Shown: positions 58,098-64,000 of the stretch, in pieces | Layout: each line of letters opens with the position of its first letter | How positions within the stretch are numbered: position 1 is the first letter of the stretch | NCBI GenBank assembly: GCA_017474925.1 | Contig: JAFVGN010000002.1 | Location: 41,662 to 105,661 of the forward strand | DNA: 64,000 nucleotides | Reading direction: 5' to 3' | Source: Prevotella sp. | GTDB taxonomy: Bacteria; Bacteroidota; Bacteroidia; Bacteroidales; Bacteroidaceae | Program-made: the position numbers and the translations under genes | The notes under the pieces: generated by a model | The model's database searches: none | Seen by the model: the letters and a program-made list of their open reading frames with translations, nothing else | What the model was told of the DNA's origin: nothing

Positions 58098-59240
58098 ATG
58101 GATTATCAGTATCATATCTTTGCTCCGTATAGGGTGTGTCCTATAGGAGCGCATGTGGATCATCAGCATGGACTGGTGACGGGGTTTGCCATTGACAAGG
58201 GTGTTGACCTTTGGTTTAATGTCAGGGATGACGAGATGGTTAACTTGTCGTCGAAGACATTCGAAGGTAAAGTGAGCTTTGAAATTTCAAAGCCCTCTCA
58301 GATCAGGGAGTTCCATTGGGGTGACTATGTGCGGGGGGCGAAGTATGCCCTTCGCAAGCGCTTTGAACTGAAGCATGGCATTGACGGTGTCATTCAGGGG
58401 TCTTTACCCGTTGGCGGACTGAGTTCGAGTGCTGCCGTGCTGATAGCTTACGTGATGGCCTTTGCCAAAGCAAACGACATCACACTGAAACCTTTCGAAG
58501 TGGTGAAGATTGCTTCAGAGGCAGAACGCGAGTATATTGGCTTGAACAACGGTTTGCTGGACCAGTCTTGTATTGCACTGGGAAAGAAGGACGGTCTGCT
58601 GTTTCTGGATTGTGACTCAAACGACTATCGTGTCATCAAACGACATCCTGACATGCCTGATTTCGAGATAGGCATCTTCTTCTCTGGGTTGACCCGTAAT
58701 CTTGTGAATTCGGACTATAATCTCAGGGTGTATGAGTGTAAGACGGCCGCATGGAATATGTTGGCATATACTGACCAGCCGTTGAAGAATTTCGACAAGA
58801 CTTTCTTGCGTGACATTCCCAAGGCTACATTCGAAAAGACCAGAATAGCCATGCCTGCCCGATTTGCCCGCAGGGCAGAACATTTCTATTCGGAATACCG
58901 ACGGGTACGTCAAGGTGTGACAGCTTGGGAGACAGGTAATATGAAGTTGTTCGGGAAGCTTAGCTTTGATTCATGCGAGAGCTCCATCCATAATTACGAG
59001 TGTGGCAGTCCTGAACTGATAGCCATCTATGAGATCATGCGGGAATTGCCTGGCGTATGGGGAGGTCGTTTCTCTGGAGCAGGCTTCAAGGGAGCATGCA
59101 TTGCCTTGGTAGATCCTGCCTATAAGGAGGACATTGAGCGGGTATTGACAGAACGTTACCTAGAACAGTTCCCTGAGTACGAAAAGACTTTCCAGGTGTT
59201 TTGGGTCAAGCCTGATGATGGGGCAAGGTTTGTAGAATAA
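58098..59240 (+). CDS. GHMP sugar kinase of the galacturonokinase type
   Basis: APYRVCPIGAHVDHQ, GLSSSAA, GLNNGLLDQ, NYECG, RFSGAGF. Confidence 0.85.
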   Translation: MDYQYHIFAPYRVCPIGAHVDHQHGLVTGFAIDKGVDLWFNVRDDEMVNLSSKTFEGKVSFEISKPSQIREFHWGDYVRGAKYALRKRFELKHGIDGVIQGSLPVGGLSSSAAVLIAYVMAFAKANDITLKPFEVVKIASEAEREYIGLNNGLLDQSCIALGKKDGLLFLDCDSNDYRVIKRHPDMPDFEIGIFFSGLTRNLVNSDYNLRVYECKTAAWNMLAYTDQPLKNFDKTFLRDIPKATFEKTRIAMPARFARRAEHFYSEYRRVRQGVTAWETGNMKLFGKLSFDSCESSIHNYECGSPELIAIYEIMRELPGVWGGRFSGAGFKGACIALVDPAYKEDIERVLTERYLEQFPEYEKTFQVFWVKPDDGARFVE

Positions 59241-59257
59241 TTTAAAGATTGTGGATT

Positions 59258-60004
59258 GTGAAGAACGTTGTTATTGCTGCAGGGTATGCTACACGCTTGG
59301 GTGAGTTGACTAAAAACTTTCCCAAACCCCTGCTGAAAATAGGAGAGAATACAATATTGGGCCGGATGCTGGACGATATAGACCGTATTCCAGAAATTGA
59401 CGAGCATATTATTATTTCAAACCATCGGTTTGCTCCGATTTTTGAAAAGTGGAAACAGGAAGAAGGCAGATGGACGAAGCCCGTGACCATCCTTGATGAC
59501 GGAACATCGACGAATGAGATGCGCCTTGGAGCTGTTTGCGATTTGCTTTATGCCATGCAACAGTTGCAGATTGACGACGATATGCTGGTGGTAGCGGCAG
59601 ACAATCTGCTGTTCTTCTCATTTCAGGAGTTCGTTGACTTTGCGAAACAGAAGCAGACATCGTGCATCATGTGTCACGAGCAGCCTTCTCTGGAGAAGTT
59701 GCAGCGCACGGGAGTCATTGTCGTTGACGAGCAGATGAGGGTTTTGAATATGGAGGAAAAGCCTTCTGTACCCAAGAGCCATTGGGCCGTACCGCCTTTT
59801 TACATCTATCTGAAGAAGGATCTGGAGATTGTTCGCCACTCAGTGGAGAATGGTTGTGGAAAGGATGCCCCAGGCAATCTGGCCCACTACATGGTGGAGC
59901 ATACCGTCATGCATGCCTGGCCCATGTCGGCAGGACGGTTTGATATAGGAAGTTTGGATACGTATTATGAAGCCTGCGATTTAGCGAGAACAGGCAAAAT
60001 ATAG
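59258..60004 (+). CDS. Sugar-1-phosphate nucleotidyltransferase
   Basis: AAGYATRL...PKPLL, AADNL, EEKP, DAPG, RFDIG. GTG start at 59258 is likely. Confidence 0.88.
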   Translation: MKNVVIAAGYATRLGELTKNFPKPLLKIGENTILGRMLDDIDRIPEIDEHIIISNHRFAPIFEKWKQEEGRWTKPVTILDDGTSTNEMRLGAVCDLLYAMQQLQIDDDMLVVAADNLLFFSFQEFVDFAKQKQTSCIMCHEQPSLEKLQRTGVIVVDEQMRVLNMEEKPSVPKSHWAVPPFYIYLKKDLEIVRHSVENGCGKDAPGNLAHYMVEHTVMHAWPMSAGRFDIGSLDTYYEACDLARTGKI

Positions 60005-60055
60005 TTTTGGATGTCGAGCGTAAGCAGGCTCGACGAAGTCATACAGTTGAAAAAT

Positions 60056-61117
60056 ATGGAAAGAATTGATTTGAATAACAAAGCCATCTTTGTTACTGGT
60101 GCTGCTGGTTTTATTGGCAGCAACCTTGTGAAACGCTTGTTTAGCGATGTGCATGGAGCAACCATCGTGGGCATCGACAATATGAACGACTACTACGATG
60201 TAAACCTCAAAGAGTGGCGGCTTCAGGAGTTGGAGCAGTCAGTACCTTCTCATACAAAATGGGTGTTTGTCAAAGGGGATATTGCAGACAAGAAGACGGT
60301 AGATATCATTTTCGAGGAGTACAGGCCTGCAGTCGTGGTCAATCTTGCAGCACAGGCTGGTGTACGCTATTCCATTACCAATCCTGATGCATATATCCAG
60401 TCAAACCTGATTGGTTTCTATCATATCCTGGAGGCTTGTAGGAATTACCCAGTGGAGCATCTGGTGTATGCTTCGTCATCATCAGTATATGGTTCGAACA
60501 AGAAAGTTCCTTATTCCACGGACGACAAGGTGGATAATCCCGTTTCGCTGTATGCAGCCACGAAGAAGTCGAACGAACTGATGGCCCATGCTTATTCGAA
60601 GCTCTATAATATTCCTTCTACGGGGCTTCGCTTCTTTACCGTGTATGGACCTGCAGGCAGGCCTGATATGGCCTATTTCGGCTTCACCAATAAGTTGCGT
60701 GAAGGCAAGACCATCGAGATCTTCAACTTTGGTAACTGTAAGCGTGATTTCACCTATGTCGACGACATCGTGGAGGGAGTAGTGCGCATCATGCAGGGGG
60801 CTCCTGAAAAGAAACAGGGGGAAGACGGTCTTCCTTTGCCTCCTTATGCCGTCTACAATATCGGCAACAACTCACCAGAGAACTTGTTGACATTTGTGGA
60901 TATTCTACAGCAGGAACTCATTCGTGCCAAGGTGCTGCCTGCTGACTATGATTTCGAGGCTCATAAGAAGCTGGTGCCCATGCAGCCTGGTGACGTCCCT
61001 GTGACCTATGCTGACACCAGTGCCTTGGAGCGTGACTTTAACTATAAGCCCAGCACGAGCTTGCGTGATGGCTTAAGAGCATTTGCAGAGTGGTATTATA
61101 AATTTTATATGGTATGA
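60056..61117 (+). CDS. UDP-glucuronate 4-epimerase
   Basis: TGAAGFIG, NLAAQAGVRYS, ASSSSVYG, YAATKK, LRFFTVYGP.GRPDM, MQPGDV. Confidence 0.9.
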   Translation: MERIDLNNKAIFVTGAAGFIGSNLVKRLFSDVHGATIVGIDNMNDYYDVNLKEWRLQELEQSVPSHTKWVFVKGDIADKKTVDIIFEEYRPAVVVNLAAQAGVRYSITNPDAYIQSNLIGFYHILEACRNYPVEHLVYASSSSVYGSNKKVPYSTDDKVDNPVSLYAATKKSNELMAHAYSKLYNIPSTGLRFFTVYGPAGRPDMAYFGFTNKLREGKTIEIFNFGNCKRDFTYVDDIVEGVVRIMQGAPEKKQGEDGLPLPPYAVYNIGNNSPENLLTFVDILQQELIRAKVLPADYDFEAHKKLVPMQPGDVPVTYADTSALERDFNYKPSTSLRDGLRAFAEWYYKFYMV

Positions 61118-62013
61118 AGACGGCAAGAGTATTATTAGTAGCGTTGATGGCGGCCATATTAGCAGGCTGTGGCACAACGAAGACTGTGCCCATTACGGGC
61201 AGGAAGCAAAATCTGATAGTTAGTGACGGTGAGATGCTGAGTCTCTCCAGTCAGCAGTACAGTGAGTATTTGAAGACTGCCAAGCCTTCTACAAATGCCG
61301 CCAATACGGCGATGGTGAAGAGGGTGGGGCAGCGACTGGCAACTGCTGTCGAGAGTTTTCTCAGGTCGAACGGTATGGCTGAGGATGTGCAGTATTACAA
61401 ATGGCAGTTTACTTTGGTCCAGGACCAGAGCGTCAATGCTTGGTGTATGCCTGGTGGATTAATCTGTGTTTATGAAGGGTTATTGCCTGTAACCCAAGAC
61501 GAGGCTTCGCTGGCCATCGTTTTGGGACATGAGATTGCCCATGCTGTTGCTAGACATTCTGCTGAGCAGTACAGTACACAGTATCGCCAGCAATATGGTA
61601 TGCAGATAGGCTCAGCTGTGGCTAGTGCTGTTGGAGTGAGCGGCAATGCCGTGGCTTTGGGACAGCAGGTTTTGGCTTCTGGATTGAGTCTGCAGAATCT
61701 GCATTATTCTCGTGAGAACGAGAGCGAGGCCGACCACCTGGGATTGATTTTTGCTGCGATGGCAGGCTATGACCCACAGGTGGCTGTCAGCTTCTGGCAG
61801 CGCATGTCTGCGGCCAGCTCTTCCAAGACTGCCGGGTTCTTGAGCAGTCACCCCTCCGATGCCACACGTATCAAGCAGATACAAGGCTGGATGCCTGAAG
61901 CGCTGCAATATTACAAGGGACAGACTGGTATTACTCAGACGAATAGTACATCGACAAAGACCACTACCCCTAAAACCACAAAAACGATTCACATATCAAG
62001 CAAAAAGAAATAA
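61114..62013 (+). CDS. M48 family metallopeptidase lipoprotein
   Basis: Lipobox LAGC, NAWCMPGG, HEIAH, ESEAD, SSHP. Confidence 0.92.
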   Translation: MKTARVLLVALMAAILAGCGTTKTVPITGRKQNLIVSDGEMLSLSSQQYSEYLKTAKPSTNAANTAMVKRVGQRLATAVESFLRSNGMAEDVQYYKWQFTLVQDQSVNAWCMPGGLICVYEGLLPVTQDEASLAIVLGHEIAHAVARHSAEQYSTQYRQQYGMQIGSAVASAVGVSGNAVALGQQVLASGLSLQNLHYSRENESEADHLGLIFAAMAGYDPQVAVSFWQRMSAASSSKTAGFLSSHPSDATRIKQIQGWMPEALQYYKGQTGITQTNSTSTKTTTPKTTKTIHISSKKK

Positions 62014-63413
62014 TGAAGAAACAGCTATTATTAGGACTGGGGCTGATGGCTGCCCTGACGGCAGGTGCCCAAGCCAAGGATGGTGGCATCACTCCCCAGA
62101 TGCTGCAACAGATAGGACAGCAGAATGCGCCTGCGCCATCAGACCGTGCCTTGCGTAATGCATTGGCAGCCAATGCCATTGACCTGCTGGCGAAGAATCA
62201 GCAGAATGCAGGTGAGTTGGACACTTATTTCAGTGTCGAAACAAGGAAACAGAGCATTACTGACCAAAAGTCGAGCGGGCGCTGTTGGATGTTTAGCGGA
62301 TTGAATGTGCTGCGGTCTAATTTTGCCCAGCGTACGGACTCTCTTAGCGTAGAACTGTCGCAGGACTACCTCTTCTTCTGGGATCAGCTGGAGAAGGCCA
62401 ACCTGATGTTACAGGGAATCATCGACACAGGCAAGAAACCGATTGACGACCAGCGTGTGCAGTTCTTCTTCCACCATCCGCTGAACGATGGCGGAACGTT
62501 TTGTGGCGTGGCCGACCTGGCAGAGAAATATGGCTTGGTACCCGCTGCAGTCTGCCCAGAGACTTTCTCTGCAGACAATACGTCGAAAATGTCGAGCATC
62601 ATCAAGTCAAAGTTACGTGAGCAAGGTCTTGAGCTGCGAAAGATGGTGGCTGACGGCAAGAAAGCTGGTGACATCCAAAAACGTAAGACCCAGATGCTGA
62701 GTGAGATCTACCACATGTTAGTCATTACCCTAGGTGAGCCGGTCAAGGAGTTCTCGTTTGCTTTCAAGAACAAGGACGGCAAGCCTCTGACGGCTCCTAA
62801 GAAGTATACTCCTCAAGAGTTTTATCAGGAGATTGTTGGAGGACCGCTGAATGGTACCTTTATCATGGTGATGAACGATCCTCGCCGTGAGTACTATAAG
62901 ACCTATGAGGTAGAGTACGACCGTCACACTTACGACGGTCATAACTGGAAATACCTGAACCTGCCGATGGACGATATCGAGACCTTGGCCATTGCCTCGC
63001 TGAAGGATGGCCGCAAGCTCTATAGCAGTTATGACGTAGGCAAGCAGTTGGACCGCAAGCGTGGCTTTGCTGATCTGGACAATTTTGACTATGCGTCACT
63101 TTTCGGCACCAGTTTTGGAATGAATAAAGCTGAGCGTATTTCCACCTTCGACAGTGGTTCAACCCACGCGATGACGCTGACGGCAGTCGATTTGGACAAA
63201 GACGGTAACCCCCTGAAATGGAAGGTCGAGAATTCATGGGGTGGTGACTGGGGGCTGAAAGGCTGTCTCATTATGACAGCCCGTTGGTTCCGTGAATACA
63301 TGTTCCGTCTGGTTGTCAACAAGAAGTACGTCAGCGAGAAGTTGTTGAAAGACTACGAGCAGAAACCAATCATGGTCATGCCCGAGGATCCGTTGTTCCT
63401 GCCTGACGAGTAG
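62013..63413 (+). CDS. Secreted C1B cysteine aminopeptidase (PepC/bleomycin hydrolase family)
   Basis: Signal peptide, DQKSSGRCW, THAM, VENSWG. Confidence 0.93.
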   Translation: MKKQLLLGLGLMAALTAGAQAKDGGITPQMLQQIGQQNAPAPSDRALRNALAANAIDLLAKNQQNAGELDTYFSVETRKQSITDQKSSGRCWMFSGLNVLRSNFAQRTDSLSVELSQDYLFFWDQLEKANLMLQGIIDTGKKPIDDQRVQFFFHHPLNDGGTFCGVADLAEKYGLVPAAVCPETFSADNTSKMSSIIKSKLREQGLELRKMVADGKKAGDIQKRKTQMLSEIYHMLVITLGEPVKEFSFAFKNKDGKPLTAPKKYTPQEFYQEIVGGPLNGTFIMVMNDPRREYYKTYEVEYDRHTYDGHNWKYLNLPMDDIETLAIASLKDGRKLYSSYDVGKQLDRKRGFADLDNFDYASLFGTSFGMNKAERISTFDSGSTHAMTLTAVDLDKDGNPLKWKVENSWGGDWGLKGCLIMTARWFREYMFRLVVNKKYVSEKLLKDYEQKPIMVMPEDPLFLPDE

Positions 63414-63448
63414 GAATACCATCAACCTGTCGTTTCCTTTCCAAAATG

Positions 63449-63487
63449 AAAGTAGGCCTCACCGTCCTGGGGCCTACTTTTGTTTTG
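63449..63487 (+). terminator. Intrinsic terminator
   Basis: AAAGTAGGCC..GGCCTACTTT followed by TGTTTT. Confidence 0.75.
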
Positions 63488-63580
63488 GAGCGAATGCTGT
63501 AAACGGAAAACGTGTGGAATGATTTGGGGCTTTCAATTATTATTTGTACCTTTGCAGAAGGAAACAAATGAACGAAAGAT

Positions 63581-64000
63581 ATGGAACAAGTCAAACAAAA
63601 CAAATTTCAGGAAGTCAACGAGAGCTACACTATGCTCGAAGCCATCACAGAAGCGCAGCGTTGTCTGCGTTGCAAGGTGCCTCAGTGCAAGAAGGGTTGC
63701 CCCATCAGTAACGATATCCCAGACTGGGTACACGAATTGTCGAAAGGCAATCTGGGCAATGCCATGAGCATTATTCGTGCCAAGAGCAACTTGCCAGCTG
63801 TTTGTGGCCGCGTTTGCGCCCATGAGAAACAATGCGAGGGCAACTGTGTGCTGGGCAAGAAGGGACAGGCGCTGAACATTGGTAAGTTGGAGCGCTTTGT
63901 GGCAGACTTTGATGCCGAAAACCAGCTGACTCACGAAGATATCGTCGAAAAGACTCGCGGCAAGGTGGCTGTCATTGGTGCTGGACCGTCAGGTATCACG
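63581..64000 (+). CDS. GltD/NfnB-like Fe-S flavoprotein, 3'-truncated by the window
   Basis: Manual translation: EAQRCLRC..PQCKKGCP, PAVCGRVC..EKQCE..C, VAVIGAGPSG. -7 box at 63547-63554. Confidence 0.88.
   Translation, partial: MEQVKQNKFQEVNESYTMLEAITEAQRCLRCKVPQCKKGCPISNDIPDWVHELSKGNLGNAMSIIRAKSNLPAVCGRVCAHEKQCEGNCVLGKKGQALNIGKLERFVADFDAENQLTHEDIVEKTRGKVAVIGAGPSGIT

Noticed and set aside
1-64000. Many long antisense or alternate-frame ORFs (e.g. 416-1165, 4615-5634, 5886-6971, 14406-15083)
   Set aside because: They fully overlap well-supported genes, have no recognisable motifs, and are expected shadows of biased codon usage.

Overview
Bacteroidales chromosomal window, most likely Prevotella-like (TTTG-N19/20-TAnnTTTG promoters, upxY, GSIII, a T9SS C-terminal-domain motif). 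The first ~32 kb is mostly housekeeping and metabolic: batD/E fusion (partial), PAP2, dedA, glnS, mltG, malQ, an aguA-FNT-aguB-GSIII nitrogen cluster, a Cys-less purF, holA, an Xre HTH gene, pyrK/pyrD, aroC and slyD. From 32.1 to 61.1 kb is a UpxY-led, Wzx/Wzy-dependent surface polysaccharide locus, followed by two peptidase genes and a partial gltD-like gene. Most notable: (1) inside the capsule locus, a BCCT quaternary-amine transporter sits between two ATP-grasp ligases, near 3-amino-sugar genes; (2) a plant-type galacturonokinase, a nucleotidyltransferase and a UDP-uronate 4-epimerase suggest a GalA salvage route into the capsule; (3) a dispersed two-hairpin repeat ends in a consensus promoter (3 full copies and 1 partial); (4) several promoter-plus-hairpin sRNA candidates, one with three phased 22-bp repeats; (5) an AT-rich TTGTAAA array next to the Xre gene; (6) an orphan T9SS sorting-signal remnant. 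No rRNA, tRNA, CRISPR array, transposase or integrase was recognised. All functional calls come from motif recognition by eye, not from database searches.
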